DNA of 38,547 nucleotides from an uncultured Burkholderiales bacterium (GTDB lineage Bacteria; Pseudomonadota; Gammaproteobacteria; Burkholderiales; Burkholderiaceae_C): assembly GCA_966252435.1 (NCBI GenBank), contig CBINPE010000033.1, positions 1 to 38,547 of the forward strand, written 5' to 3'. Positions 8,383-18,061 of this stretch are shown piece after piece. The position numbers and the translations under genes are program-made. The notes under the pieces were generated by a model, which did no database searches, was not told the origin of the DNA, and saw nothing but the letters and a program-made list of their open reading frames with translations. Position 1 is the first letter of the stretch, and each line of letters begins with the position of its first letter.

Positions 8383-10503
8383 GTGATTCATTCTCATCAA
8401 GCGCCGGCAGGCAGCCAACCCGATCGACCGAACCACAGGGTCGGGCCAGTATATGGGCGCTCCCTGCGGCGCTGGACGGCATTCGGGCTCGGGCTGTGCG
8501 CCTGGCTGGCAGGCCTGGGTGCCGCGCTTCCGGTCCAGGCGCAAAGCGGCGACCAGACCATCCTCGACGCCCGCGAGGCCTTCCGCAAACGCGACCGCAA
8601 CCGCCTGGCGGCAGCCCGCGCCGCAGCCATGGCGGCCAAGCATCCGCTGGCCGCCTGGGTCGACTACTGGGACATGAACCTGCGCATCGGCGAACTGCGC
8701 ACCACCGACGTGGAGGAGTTCTACACGCGCTGGAAGGACACCTACCTCGAGGATCGTTTCCGCAACGATTGGCTGCTCGAGCTGGGTCGTCGTCGTGACT
8801 GGACCGCCTTCGCCGCCGACTTCCCGCGCTTTCGCATGAACGACGACCGCGAGGTCACCTGCTATTCGCTCCTGATCCAGCAGCAACAAAAAGGCAGCGA
8901 CGTGCACGACGCCGCCCTGGCGGCCTGGCTGGCCCAGCCGGATGCCGACACCGGCTGCCTGGCGATGGCCGGCGCGCTGTTCGAGGCCCGCCAGTTCACC
9001 GAGGCCGACATCTGGCGCAAGGCCCGCTTCGCGGTCGACGCTGGGCGGCCGAAGGCGGCCCGCCAGGCCATCGGATTGCTGGGCGAGGTCGAGGCCAAGA
9101 GCCTGAACGAATTGCTCGACAGCCCGGCACGCTTCCTGTCGCGCAAGGAAGGGGTCTTCAACCGGCTGCAGGCCGAGCTGGCCACGCTGGCCCTGATGCG
9201 CATGGCGACCAACGACCCCGCCACCGCCGCCACGCAGCTGGGCGACCGCTGGGAGCGCAAGCTGCCCAAGGACCTCGCCGCCTGGGCCTGGGCCATGGTG
9301 GGCAAGCAGTCGGCCATCAACCTGCTGCCCGAGGCGCACGAGCACTTCCAGCGCGCGGCCAAGCTGCTGGTGGCCAGCGAGAAGGCCGACAAGGGCGCGG
9401 TCAAGGAACTCGACTTCCCCGACGACACGCTGGCCTGGAAGGTGCGCTCCGCACTGCGCGCCCCCCGAGGCCCCCAGTGGGGGCAGGTGCTGCAGGCGAT
9501 CGCTGGCATGACGCCGGCGCAGCAGCGCGACGCCACCTGGGTCTACTGGAAGGCCCGCGGCCTGCAGGCCCAGGCCGACAGCCGCCGCGACCCGCTTGAG
9601 GCCGATGCCATGCGCGTCCAGGCGCGTGAGCTGCTGGAGAGCATTGCCGGCCAGTTCAACTTCTACGGCAAGCTCGCCTCGGAAGACCTGGGGCGTCCGA
9701 TCCCGATCCCGCCCAGCCCCGCCCCCCTGACCGCAGAGGAGCGCGCGGCGACGGTGCGCAACCCCGGCCTCAACCGCGCCCTGAGCCTCATCGCCATGGG
9801 ACTGCGCGGCGAAGGCGACCGCGAGTGGAACTTCACCCTGCGCGGCATGGACGACCGCCAGCTGCTGGCCGCGGCGCAGTGGGCCTGCGACCGGGAGGTC
9901 TGGAAGACCTGCATCAACACCAGCGACCGCACCAAGCTCGAGATCGACCTGAACCAGCGCTTCCCCATGCCCTTCCGCCGCGAGGTGCTGGCCCAGGCGC
10001 AGGAGATCGGCCTCGACCCGGCCTACGTGTACGGCCTGATCCGCCAGGAGTCGCGCTTCATCATGGATGCCCGCTCCTCGGTCGGCGCCTCGGGCCTGAT
10101 GCAGCTGATGCCTGCCACGGCGCGCTGGACCGCGCGCCGCCTGGGCCTGTCCTACTCCGCCGACCTCATCACCGACCGCGACACCAACCTCAAGCTGGGC
10201 ACCACCTACCTGAAGCTGGTGCTGGACGACCTGGGCGGCTCGCAGGCGATGGCCGCCGCGGCCTACAACGCCGGGCCGAGCCGCCCACGGCGCTGGCGGG
10301 AAGGGCCGACGCTGGAAACTGCCGCCTGGGCGGAAAGCATCCCCTTCAACGAAACCCGGGACTATGTGAAAAAAGTGCTGTCCAACGCCACTTACTATGC
10401 CGCCCTGCTTGGCAACGACAAGCCCTCGCTCAAAACTCGCATGGGCAAGCTGATCGGGCCGCACGACCCCGAGACCCCTGCGGCCGACCGCGAGCTGCCC
10501 TGA
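8383..10503 (+). CDS. slt: Soluble lytic murein transglycosylase (Slt70 family)
   Basis: C-terminal lysozyme-like SLT domain (GLIRQESRF…SSVGASGLMQLMPATA…AYNAGPSR). The long superhelical N-terminal region is typical of Slt70. GTG at 8383 is preceded by AGGTG. The signal region contains SLRRWTAFGLGL, a possible twin-arginine motif. No in-frame ATG precedes the signal peptide. Confidence 0.85.
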   Translation: MIHSHQAPAGSQPDRPNHRVGPVYGRSLRRWTAFGLGLCAWLAGLGAALPVQAQSGDQTILDAREAFRKRDRNRLAAARAAAMAAKHPLAAWVDYWDMNLRIGELRTTDVEEFYTRWKDTYLEDRFRNDWLLELGRRRDWTAFAADFPRFRMNDDREVTCYSLLIQQQQKGSDVHDAALAAWLAQPDADTGCLAMAGALFEARQFTEADIWRKARFAVDAGRPKAARQAIGLLGEVEAKSLNELLDSPARFLSRKEGVFNRLQAELATLALMRMATNDPATAATQLGDRWERKLPKDLAAWAWAMVGKQSAINLLPEAHEHFQRAAKLLVASEKADKGAVKELDFPDDTLAWKVRSALRAPRGPQWGQVLQAIAGMTPAQQRDATWVYWKARGLQAQADSRRDPLEADAMRVQARELLESIAGQFNFYGKLASEDLGRPIPIPPSPAPLTAEERAATVRNPGLNRALSLIAMGLRGEGDREWNFTLRGMDDRQLLAAAQWACDREVWKTCINTSDRTKLEIDLNQRFPMPFRREVLAQAQEIGLDPAYVYGLIRQESRFIMDARSSVGASGLMQLMPATARWTARRLGLSYSADLITDRDTNLKLGTTYLKLVLDDLGGSQAMAAAAYNAGPSRPRRWREGPTLETAAWAESIPFNETRDYVKKVLSNATYYAALLGNDKPSLKTRMGKLIGPHDPETPAADRELP

Positions 10504-10554
10504 CCTCCTTCCGCCCCTCCACCGCATGCCCCGAGCCCGAAGAAGCCCTCTGCC

Positions 10555-11541
10555 ATGACGACGCTGCGCAACATCCTGCTCCTCGGCGGCACCGGCTTCG
10601 TCGGGCGCAGTGTGTGCGCAGCCCTGGTGACGCGCACGGGCGCGGGCTCCGGGCGCCTCATCGTCCCGAGCCGGCACCCCCAGCGCGCGACGCACCTGCG
10701 CCCCCTGCCCACGGTGGAGCTGGTGCAGGCCGACCTGCATGCCGACGACGACCTCCTGCGCCTGGTGCGCCAAGCCGACGCGGTCATCAACCTGGTGGCG
10801 GTGCTGAACGGCCGCCGGCAGCGCGTCGAGCAGGTGAATGTGCAACTGCCGCAACGCCTGGCGCGGGCCTGTGCCACGGCCGGCGTGCGCCGGCTCATCC
10901 ACGTGAGCACCCTGGGCGTGTCGGTGCCCCCGGGGGCGGCCCCTGCCCCGCCGCCCTCACAGTACCTGCGCACCAAGGGCGAGGGCGAGGCGGCCCTGCG
11001 CGCCGCACCGGGGCTGGACCTGACCGTCCTGCGCCCCGCCGTCGTCTTCGGCGAGCAGGACCATTTCGTGACTTTGTTCGCGCGCCTTCAGGCCGTGCTG
11101 CCGTTCATGCCGCTGGCGCGCAGCACGACGCGCCTGCAACCGGTGTGGGTGGAGGACCTGGCGCGTGCCGTGGTGCACAGCCTGGACCATCCGAAGACCA
11201 TCGGCCAGACCCTCGAATGCGCCGGCCCCCAGGTCATGACCCTGGCGGACATCGTGCGCTTGGCAGGGGCATGGTCGAACCACCCGCGGCCGATCCTGCC
11301 GCTGCCTGCCTGGGTGGGCTACCTGCAAGGCCTCCTGATGGAACTGCTGCCCGGAGAGCCACTGCTGTCGCGTGACAACATCGCCACCTTGTCGGTGATG
11401 AACGTCGCCGGGGGTGAGCTGCCCGGCCTGCGCCTGTGGGGCATCGAGCCGAGCCCCATGTCCAGCGTCATGCCGGCCGTGCTCGGACACCAGCAGGGTC
11501 CGGCCCGCCTCGATGCCTGGCGACGACGACACAGAACCTGA
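10555..11541 (+). CDS. NAD(P)H-binding protein, atypical SDR / NmrA / complex-I NDUFA9-like
   Basis: N-terminal Rossmann motif (LLLGGTGFVGRSVCAAL). The size and sequence pattern match NAD-dependent epimerase/dehydratase-like proteins. Confidence 0.85.
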   Translation: MTTLRNILLLGGTGFVGRSVCAALVTRTGAGSGRLIVPSRHPQRATHLRPLPTVELVQADLHADDDLLRLVRQADAVINLVAVLNGRRQRVEQVNVQLPQRLARACATAGVRRLIHVSTLGVSVPPGAAPAPPPSQYLRTKGEGEAALRAAPGLDLTVLRPAVVFGEQDHFVTLFARLQAVLPFMPLARSTTRLQPVWVEDLARAVVHSLDHPKTIGQTLECAGPQVMTLADIVRLAGAWSNHPRPILPLPAWVGYLQGLLMELLPGEPLLSRDNIATLSVMNVAGGELPGLRLWGIEPSPMSSVMPAVLGHQQGPARLDAWRRRHRT

Positions 11542-11587
11542 CCGGCACATCAGCCCCGCTCCCTCCCCTTCACTACGAACCAGCACC

Positions 11588-12268
11588 ATGCAACTCTTCA
11601 TTGGCAACAAAAACTACTCGTCCTGGTCCATGCGCCCCTGGGTGCTGATGAAGCAAGCCGGCATTGCCTTCGAAGAGGTGATGGTCCGCTTCGACAGCTT
11701 CCAGAACGATTCGAGCTTCAAGACGGCCATGTCCAAGGTTTCGCCGGTGGGCAAGGTGCCGGTGCTGGTGGACGACGGCTTCGCGGTGTGGGACACCCTG
11801 GCGATCGCCGAGTACCTGGCCGAGCGCTTCCCCCAGCACCAGCTGTGGCCCGCCGATCCCAAGGCCCGGGCACGGGCACGCAGCGTGTGCGCCGAGATGC
11901 ACTCCGGCTTCCCCCACCTGCGCAGCCACATGGGCATGAACATCGAGGCCTACCTTCCCGAGGTGGGTGAGCGCATCCTGCGCGAGAACGGCGCGGTGCG
12001 GGCCGACGTCGACCGCGTGATCGACCTGTGGACCGAGGCCCTGACGGCCTTCGGCGGCCCGATGCTCTTCGGGCGCTTCAGCATCGCCGACGCCTTCTTC
12101 GCCCCGGTGGTGATGCGTTTCAAGACCTACGGTGTGCCGACCCCGGGGCCGGTCGAGGCCTATGTGCAGAACGTGGCCGCCCTGCCAGGTGTGCAGGCCT
12201 GGGTGCAGGACGCGCTGCGGGAGAAGGACTTCCTGGCCTTCGAAGAGCCCTACCGCCGCAACCGATGA
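11588..12268 (+). CDS. Glutathione S-transferase family protein
   Basis: Start at the ATG of MQLFIGNKNYSSWSMRPWVLMKQAGIAF…; the listed ORF extends upstream in a non-coding-looking stretch. It has a thioredoxin-like N-terminal domain and a GST C-terminal domain. The stop overlaps the cca start (ATGA). Confidence 0.85.
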   Translation: MQLFIGNKNYSSWSMRPWVLMKQAGIAFEEVMVRFDSFQNDSSFKTAMSKVSPVGKVPVLVDDGFAVWDTLAIAEYLAERFPQHQLWPADPKARARARSVCAEMHSGFPHLRSHMGMNIEAYLPEVGERILRENGAVRADVDRVIDLWTEALTAFGGPMLFGRFSIADAFFAPVVMRFKTYGVPTPGPVEAYVQNVAALPGVQAWVQDALREKDFLAFEEPYRRNR

Positions 12269-13503
12269 CACTGCGGAAATGGTTGGTGGGGGGCGCCGTG
12301 CGCGACGCCCTCATGGGCCGTCCCGTGGAGGACCGCGACTGGGTGGTGGTGGGGGCCTCTCCCCAGGAGATGCTGAACCGCGGCTTCCTGCCGGTAGGGC
12401 AGGACTTCCCGGTGTTCCTCGACCCCGTGACGCACGAGGAGGTGGCCCTGGCGCGCACCGAGCGCAAGACCGCCCCGGGCTACCACGGCTTCAGCTTCCA
12501 TGCTGCCCCCGACGTGACGCTCGAGGAAGACCTGCGCCGCCGCGATCTCACGATCAACGCCATGGCACAGGACGAGTCGGGCACGCTGGTCGACCCCTAC
12601 GGCGGCCAGCGCGACCTGGCGGCCAAACTGCTGCGCCACGTGTCCGAGGCCTTCTGTGAAGACCCGGTGCGTATCCTGCGGGTGGCGCGCTTCGCGGCGC
12701 GCTGGCCGGACTTTCGGGTCGCCCCTGAGACCGAGGCCTTGATGCGCCAGATGGTGCGAGACGGCGAGGTCGACGCGCTGGTCAGCGAGCGGGTGTGGCA
12801 GGAGCTGTCGCGCGGGCTGATGTCGGCGCAACCCTCGCGCATGTTCGCGGTGCTGCGTGACTGCGGTGCACTGGCACGCCTGCTGCCGGAGGTCGACCGC
12901 CTGTGGGGCGTGCCGCAGCGGGCCGAGCATCACCCCGAGGTCGACACCGGCGTGCACGTGATGATGGTGGTCGACACGGCGGCACAGTCACAGGCTCCCT
13001 TGAGCGTGCGCTTCGCCTGCCTGGTGCACGACCTGGGCAAGGGGACCACGCCGGCCGCCGAGCTGCCGGGCCATCCCGACCATGAGCCGCGCGGCGCGGC
13101 GCTGGTGGCCGGCCTGTGCGAACGGCTGCGCATCCCCACCGAATGCCGTGCCCTGGCCGAGGTGGTGGCGCGCGAGCATGGTGCGGTGCACGGCAGCGAG
13201 CGCCTGGACGCCGCGGGCGTGGTGCAGCTACTGACGCGCTGCGACGCACTGCGCCGTCCCGAGCGCTTTGGCGAGGTGTTGTGGGCTTGCGAATGCGATT
13301 CCCGAGGCCGGCTGGGTTTCGATGCGGCGCCCTACCCGCAGCGCCAGGCACTGTGGCGGGCGCTGCAGGCGGCCCGCAGCGTGGACACCGCCCGCATCGC
13401 GCGGGACTGCGCGCAGCGGGGGCTGACAGGCGTGCGGGTGGGCGAGGCGATCCAGGCGGCCCGGACCGCGGCCGTGGCGAGCGTCCTGGGCGCACCGGCC
13501 TGA
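12265..13503 (+). CDS. cca: Multifunctional CCA-adding tRNA nucleotidyltransferase with HD phosphohydrolase domain
   Basis: N-terminus MTLRKWLVGGAVRD…DRDWVVVGA…RRRDLTINAMA is the class-II nucleotidyltransferase head. A C-terminal HD motif is present (…LVHDLGKG…). Confidence 0.9.
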   Translation: MTLRKWLVGGAVRDALMGRPVEDRDWVVVGASPQEMLNRGFLPVGQDFPVFLDPVTHEEVALARTERKTAPGYHGFSFHAAPDVTLEEDLRRRDLTINAMAQDESGTLVDPYGGQRDLAAKLLRHVSEAFCEDPVRILRVARFAARWPDFRVAPETEALMRQMVRDGEVDALVSERVWQELSRGLMSAQPSRMFAVLRDCGALARLLPEVDRLWGVPQRAEHHPEVDTGVHVMMVVDTAAQSQAPLSVRFACLVHDLGKGTTPAAELPGHPDHEPRGAALVAGLCERLRIPTECRALAEVVAREHGAVHGSERLDAAGVVQLLTRCDALRRPERFGEVLWACECDSRGRLGFDAAPYPQRQALWRALQAARSVDTARIARDCAQRGLTGVRVGEAIQAARTAAVASVLGAPA

Positions 13504-13532
13504 CCGGCAGGACCAGCCGGGGCCTGCGGACC

Positions 13533-14243
13533 TCAGGCGGGCACTGCGCTGCGCAGGCCCAGCGCGTCGAGCACCTTGTTCGCCACCAGCGTCGAGGACT
13601 GCGGGTTCTGGCCAGTGATGAAAGGCGCGTCCTGCACAACGAAAGGCTGCCATACCGGCACCCCCTCAAACACGGCGCCCAGCGCCCGCAGCCGCGTCTC
13701 CAGCGCGAAGGGGACGACGCTGGCCAGGCCTACCGCCTCCTCCTCCGCATCGGTGAAGGCATTGATCCGCCGGCCTTGGACCACCGGACGGCCATCGGCC
13801 CGGCAGGCCGAGACCAGGCCGGCCGCGCCATGGCAGACTGTGGCGATCACACGGCCGGTCGCGAAAGCAGCCTCGACCGCGCGCCGCACGCCCGGGTCGC
13901 CCGGCAAGTCCCACATCGTGCCGTGCCCGCCGGGCAGGAACAGGGCGTCGAAGCCGGCGGCATCCACTTCGGCGGCCACCTGCGTGTCCCGCAACTGGGC
14001 CTGAAGCCGTGTGTCGGCCAGCAGCCGCTCGACGGCTGGCCCGTTCTGCCCGGCGGGCTTCACGCTGCCCGGCTCCAGCGGCACCGGTCCGCCCGCGGGC
14101 GAGGCCAACACGACCTCGGCGCCGGCATCAACGAAGGCGTAATACGGTGTGGCGAGTTCCTCCGCCCAGATGCCGGTGGCCCGGCCGGTGTCGCCCAAGC
14201 GGGCGTGGGAGGTGACGATCATCAGGATGCGTGTCTTGCGCAT
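13533..14243 (-). CDS. DJ-1/PfpI-family protein (type-1 glutamine amidotransferase-like)
   Basis: Start at MRKTRILMIVTSHAR (complement of 14241-14243). A conserved nucleophile-elbow Cys lies in ATVCHGAAGL. Confidence 0.85.
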   Translation of the reverse strand: MRKTRILMIVTSHARLGDTGRATGIWAEELATPYYAFVDAGAEVVLASPAGGPVPLEPGSVKPAGQNGPAVERLLADTRLQAQLRDTQVAAEVDAAGFDALFLPGGHGTMWDLPGDPGVRRAVEAAFATGRVIATVCHGAAGLVSACRADGRPVVQGRRINAFTDAEEEAVGLASVVPFALETRLRALGAVFEGVPVWQPFVVQDAPFITGQNPQSSTLVANKVLDALGLRSAVPA

Positions 14244-14372
14244 GGCGCTCTCCAAATCAAGAAGAAAAGGTGGGAAGGCGCCCAATCTATCCCCCTCGTT
14301 GCGAGCGATAAACTGCCGAGCAAGAACATCATTCATTACATCAGGTTAAAAACCTCTCCGGCCCTGACCGCT

Positions 14373-15293
14373 ATGCAACGCACCTTCGATCCCATGCAGC
14401 TGGGCAGCATCGAGCTGTTCTGCCAGGCGGCCACGCTGGGCAGCTTCACCGCCGCTGCGCAGCAGGCCGGCGTGACGCCGGCCGCGGTGAGCCGCTCGGT
14501 CAGCCGGTTGGAAGCGCGGCTGGGCGTGCGGCTGTTCGTGCGCTCCACGCGGCAGATCCGGCTCACCGTCGAAGGACAGCTGTACCACGAACATTGCCTG
14601 CAGGCCCTCGCGCAGATCGCGGAGGCAGGCCGGCTGGTGACGGGCCAGCAGGCTGCACCGTCCGGCGTGCTGCGCATCAGCGCGCCGACCACGTATGCCC
14701 ACCACCGACTGTTCCCCTTGCTGCCGCGGTTCGCCGAGGCCTTTCCCGAGGTGCGGCTGGAAGTCAGCGTGTCGAACCGCAACGTCGACCTGGTCGAAGA
14801 CGGGTTCGACCTGGCGATCCGGGCCGGCACCCCACCCGACTCCAACCTCGTGATCCGTCCGCTGGAAAGCCTGAGCCTGGGTGTGTTCGCGGCCCCTGCC
14901 TATCTCCGGCGCCACGGCAGGCCGCGCACGCCGCAGGACCTGAATGACCACGACTGCATCCAGTTCATCCTGCCCAGCACCGGCCGGCCCCTGCCCTGGC
15001 TGTTCAGAAGCCGGCAGGGGGAGGACGAAGAGCACCTCCCTGAAGGCCGCGTCAAGGTGCTGGGTGACGTGCTGGGGTGCCTTCATCTGGCGCAGGCGGG
15101 TGGCGGGATCGCCCAGGCCTTCCACGTCATCGCCGACAAGGCGGTGCGCAGCGGCGAGCTGGTCGAGCTGCTCAAGCCTTATGCAGGGCGCACCCGCGCC
15201 TTCTCCATCCTCTATCCGCGCAACCGGCATCTCGCCGCGCGGGTGCGGGCCTTCGTCGATTTCCTGCTGGCGGCCCGCAGTGGGGGGATGTGA
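14373..15293 (+). CDS. LysR-family transcriptional regulator, divergent from the DJ-1 gene
   Basis: HTH (LFCQAATLGSFTAAAQQAGVTPAAVSRSVSRLEARLGVRLFVRSTRQIRLTVEGQ) plus a substrate-binding domain. It is in frame with a long spurious upstream ORF (13116-15293); the start is taken at the ATG at 14373. Confidence 0.85.
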   Translation: MQRTFDPMQLGSIELFCQAATLGSFTAAAQQAGVTPAAVSRSVSRLEARLGVRLFVRSTRQIRLTVEGQLYHEHCLQALAQIAEAGRLVTGQQAAPSGVLRISAPTTYAHHRLFPLLPRFAEAFPEVRLEVSVSNRNVDLVEDGFDLAIRAGTPPDSNLVIRPLESLSLGVFAAPAYLRRHGRPRTPQDLNDHDCIQFILPSTGRPLPWLFRSRQGEDEEHLPEGRVKVLGDVLGCLHLAQAGGGIAQAFHVIADKAVRSGELVELLKPYAGRTRAFSILYPRNRHLAARVRAFVDFLLAARSGGM

Positions 15294-15350
15294 CTTCCCG
15301 TAAAGTGGCGCGATCCACTTCGTTCGCATCGCCGCAGGGCGTCATTCCGC

Positions 15351-17045
15351 ATGAAGGACTTCCATTCGTTGATCGCTCGCCTGCTGACCCTGGCATGGCT
15401 GCTGCCGACCCTCTGCGCCGCCCAGGCACCGGCCGAGCCTCCCTCCTCGCCGCAGACTCCCCGCTACACCTTTTCATGGCCACTCGACGAGAGCACCCCC
15501 AAGCCGCGTGGCGGCACGACCCACGGCGCGCCCGTCACGCTGGACCGCGGGCCCAGCGAGGCCTGGAAAGCCCTGCAGGCGCCGGGCCTGAGTGCGCTGG
15601 AGCGTGACCGCCGCGCCATCCTCGCGATGGCGGGCACCTACCGCGTCAGTTTCGATTTCCTCGAGGTCGACAGCTATGGCGCAACGCCGTCCGCACAGCA
15701 GCCGGCGCGCGCCCCCTACCAGTCCTGGGGCACGGAGAAGGTCTACGTCGACCAGGACGGCCGGGGACGGGACGGCGTGATCAGCCTCGTGCACATCCTG
15801 GAGATGCGCGTCGTCGATGCACAAGGCGTGGCCAGCGAGCCGATGGTGGTCAAGCACTGGCGTCAGGACTGGACGTATGAGCCAGGCGCGATCGTCGAGT
15901 ACCTGGGCCGCGATCGTTGGCGCCGGCGCGTGCTCGGCCTGGAAGAGCGGCGCGGCGCCTGGCTGCAAACGGTTTACCAAGTGGACGAGTCGCCCCGCTA
16001 CGCGAGCCTGGGGCGCTGGCAGCACAACACCAGCTTCTCGACCTGGCTGAGTGGCGAGACCTGGCGGCCACTGCCACGGCGCGAGTGGAGCGTGCGCCAG
16101 GACTACCACGCCCTGGTCGGCACCAACCGCCACACCATCGGCCCCACCGGCTGGACGCAGGAAGAGAACAACCTCAAGACCGTGCTCACTCCCCAACGGC
16201 ATGTCGACCCCGCCCATCCCTACCTGGGACGCGAATACGGCATCGCACGCTACGAGCGGCTGGTTCCCACCGGCGGCGAGGGCGGCACGGACTTCGCCGC
16301 CGCCGACCGCTACCAGGCGCGCACACGCCTGTTCTGGCAGCGCGTGCGCAATGCCTGGTCGGATGCCTTCGTCCGGCATGGCACCGTCACCTTGCGCGGG
16401 CCAGTCGACCAGCTCGGCCTGTTCGTCCCCCTGTTCGAACACGCCGAGCAGATCGCATCAGAAGACAAGGACAGCGCAAGCCCCGGCGAGGCGCAGCTGA
16501 TCCGCTCGGTCCTGACCGACATGGGCGTGCCTGAACGCAAAAAGGGGAGTGCGACATCCGCACTCCCCTTTGCCCTCCCCGAGCAAACTCAACGCAGCTT
16601 GACCAGGCCATTGAGCACCTGGTCCAAACCGCCGAACACCGAGATCTTGTCGATGCGCTCGGCCACGCGCTCCAGCGTCTCCAGCTCCTTCAGGCGCAGG
16701 GCGACGGGGTTGTCCTCCATCACCTTGGCGGTGTTGAGCAGGGAACGCGTCGCCGCGGTTTCCTCGCGGCGGCGGATCACGTTGGCCTCGGCCGACTTCT
16801 CGGCCTCGACCACCCGGGCCAGGATGGTCTTCATCTCGCCCGGCAGCACGATGTCCTTCACGCCCGCGCTGTCCAGCTCCAGCCCGAAGGCGGAGAGCTT
16901 GCGACGCACGTGGCTGGTCACTGCCTCGTCGATCAGCGACTTGTTGTCGAGCAGCGCGTCCAGCGTGCGGGTGCCCACCGCTGCGCGCAGCGCGAACTGC
17001 AGCTCGCGGTACAGGTGCTCGGCCGGCTTGTTCAGTTGCGCGTAG
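15351..17045 (+). CDS. Hypothetical exported protein. The nominal ORF runs to 17045, but its last ~150 codons are antisense to the convergent SPFH gene and are probably not genuine.
   Basis: Signal peptide MKDFHSLIARLLTLAWLLPTLCAAQA, followed by about 380 aa of ordinary composition (…WRQDWTYEPGAIVEYLGRDRW…). No in-frame stop occurs before 17045. The frame reads through the terminator hairpin at 16544-16568. No family recognised. Confidence 0.5.
   Translation: MKDFHSLIARLLTLAWLLPTLCAAQAPAEPPSSPQTPRYTFSWPLDESTPKPRGGTTHGAPVTLDRGPSEAWKALQAPGLSALERDRRAILAMAGTYRVSFDFLEVDSYGATPSAQQPARAPYQSWGTEKVYVDQDGRGRDGVISLVHILEMRVVDAQGVASEPMVVKHWRQDWTYEPGAIVEYLGRDRWRRRVLGLEERRGAWLQTVYQVDESPRYASLGRWQHNTSFSTWLSGETWRPLPRREWSVRQDYHALVGTNRHTIGPTGWTQEENNLKTVLTPQRHVDPAHPYLGREYGIARYERLVPTGGEGGTDFAAADRYQARTRLFWQRVRNAWSDAFVRHGTVTLRGPVDQLGLFVPLFEHAEQIASEDKDSASPGEAQLIRSVLTDMGVPERKKGSATSALPFALPEQTQRSLTRPLSTWSKPPNTEILSMRSATRSSVSSSFRRRATGLSSITLAVLSRERVAAVSSRRRITLASADFSASTTRARMVFISPGSTMSFTPALSSSSPKAESLRRTWLVTASSISDLLSSSASSVRVPTAARSANCSSRYRCSAGLFSCA
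16533..16568 (-). terminator. Rho-independent terminator of the SPFH gene (stem ggggagtgcg/cgcactcccc, U-tract on the minus strand)
   Basis: Hairpin read directly at 16544-16568. The preceding A-run on the plus strand gives a U-tract on the minus strand. It sits 20 nt past the minus-strand stop at 16589-16591. Confidence 0.7.
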
Positions 17046-17722
17046 GCGGTGAGCACGTCCGTGTAGCGGAAGGTCGCCGACAGGTTGACGCGCAGGCCGA
17101 CCTTGTCACGGGTCAGGATGTCCTGGCCCGTCACCTCGACCGACTGCAGACGCAGGTCCACCTGCTCCACCGCCACGTTGCGGTTGAACTTCCAGAAGGC
17201 GTGTGAACCCGCGGGCAGCAAGCGGTTGATCTGGCCGTCCACCCACAGCAGGCCCACCGCGTGGTCGGGCACCTGGACCTGCAGCACGCCGCCCAGGCCG
17301 CTCACCGCACGCTGGCGCATCTGTGTCTGGATCAGCCGAGCGACCACCGGGGCAGGCACCTCGGCGGAGTCGGCCAGGTCGATCACCTCGACCGCGATGT
17401 CGAGCAGTCCCTTCCAGTAGAGGCGGCGCGTGCCCGGTGCCAGCACCTCGACGAGGATGCCGTTCTCAGTGCGCAGGCCGACCTGGTTCTCGCCCAGTTC
17501 GACACGCACGAAGTGCGCCGACACCACCTCGGGCTCGCAGGCCAGCAGGTACTCGCCGAGGCGGTGGTTGAGGGCCGGCTGCTCGAGGGCGAACCTCTCG
17601 ACCTCGGGGCGGCGCAGCCCGGTGAACAGCCAGTGCGTGCCTGAGGGCAGGACACGCTCGAAGTCCCCCTCGCGCAGCAGCAGGCCACGCTCGTTCTTCT
17701 TCACAATCACTCGATGGAACAT
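16589..17722 (-). CDS. SPFH/Band-7 (stomatin/slipin-like) domain protein
   Basis: Start at MFHRVIVKKNERGLL (complement of 17720-17722), preceded by AAAGGGGA. SPFH core (…ILTRDKVGLRVNLSATFRY…) and a coiled-coil C-terminus (AEKSAEANVIRRREETAATRSL…). Confidence 0.85.
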   Translation of the reverse strand: MFHRVIVKKNERGLLLREGDFERVLPSGTHWLFTGLRRPEVERFALEQPALNHRLGEYLLACEPEVVSAHFVRVELGENQVGLRTENGILVEVLAPGTRRLYWKGLLDIAVEVIDLADSAEVPAPVVARLIQTQMRQRAVSGLGGVLQVQVPDHAVGLLWVDGQINRLLPAGSHAFWKFNRNVAVEQVDLRLQSVEVTGQDILTRDKVGLRVNLSATFRYTDVLTAYAQLNKPAEHLYRELQFALRAAVGTRTLDALLDNKSLIDEAVTSHVRRKLSAFGLELDSAGVKDIVLPGEMKTILARVVEAEKSAEANVIRRREETAATRSLLNTAKVMEDNPVALRLKELETLERVAERIDKISVFGGLDQVLNGLVKLR

Positions 17723-18061
17723 GGAAGTCCCCTTTCGTTTTTCTTCATGACTCAAAACTAGGTGCCGTTACAGCCGGGGACGGCGGACGGCCAGGGCACG
17801 GAGAACGGGCATTACCCGGCACCAGCACCGCCTCGTCGCACCATGTGCATCGACAAGGCCTGCGCCGGCTGGAGGCAAGCAAGAACCCCGGCGGGCTGAC
17901 CGCGCGGGCCATCCCCGCTGACGGGCCGCCCGGCACGCGCCCCAGCCCGTCCGCAACGCGCCTCCCTGACGCGAACCGGGTGGGGCCGAAGGCGACGCCC
18001 GTGGCGTCCGCATCCGGCGGGTGGTCTTTCGACCGTCTTCACTGCGAGGAGACAGGTATGT

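Noticed and set aside
8362-10902. 846-aa minus-strand ORF overlapping slt and the NAD(P)-binding gene
   Set aside because: Antisense to two confidently assigned genes. Low-complexity Gly/Ala/Arg/Val translation. High-GC artefact.
13116-15293. 725-aa plus-strand ORF spanning the cca 3' end, the DJ-1 gene (antisense) and the LysR gene
   Set aside because: Only the last about 307 codons, the LysR regulator from the ATG at 14373, look like protein. Upstream it is antisense to the DJ-1/PfpI gene and has junk composition.
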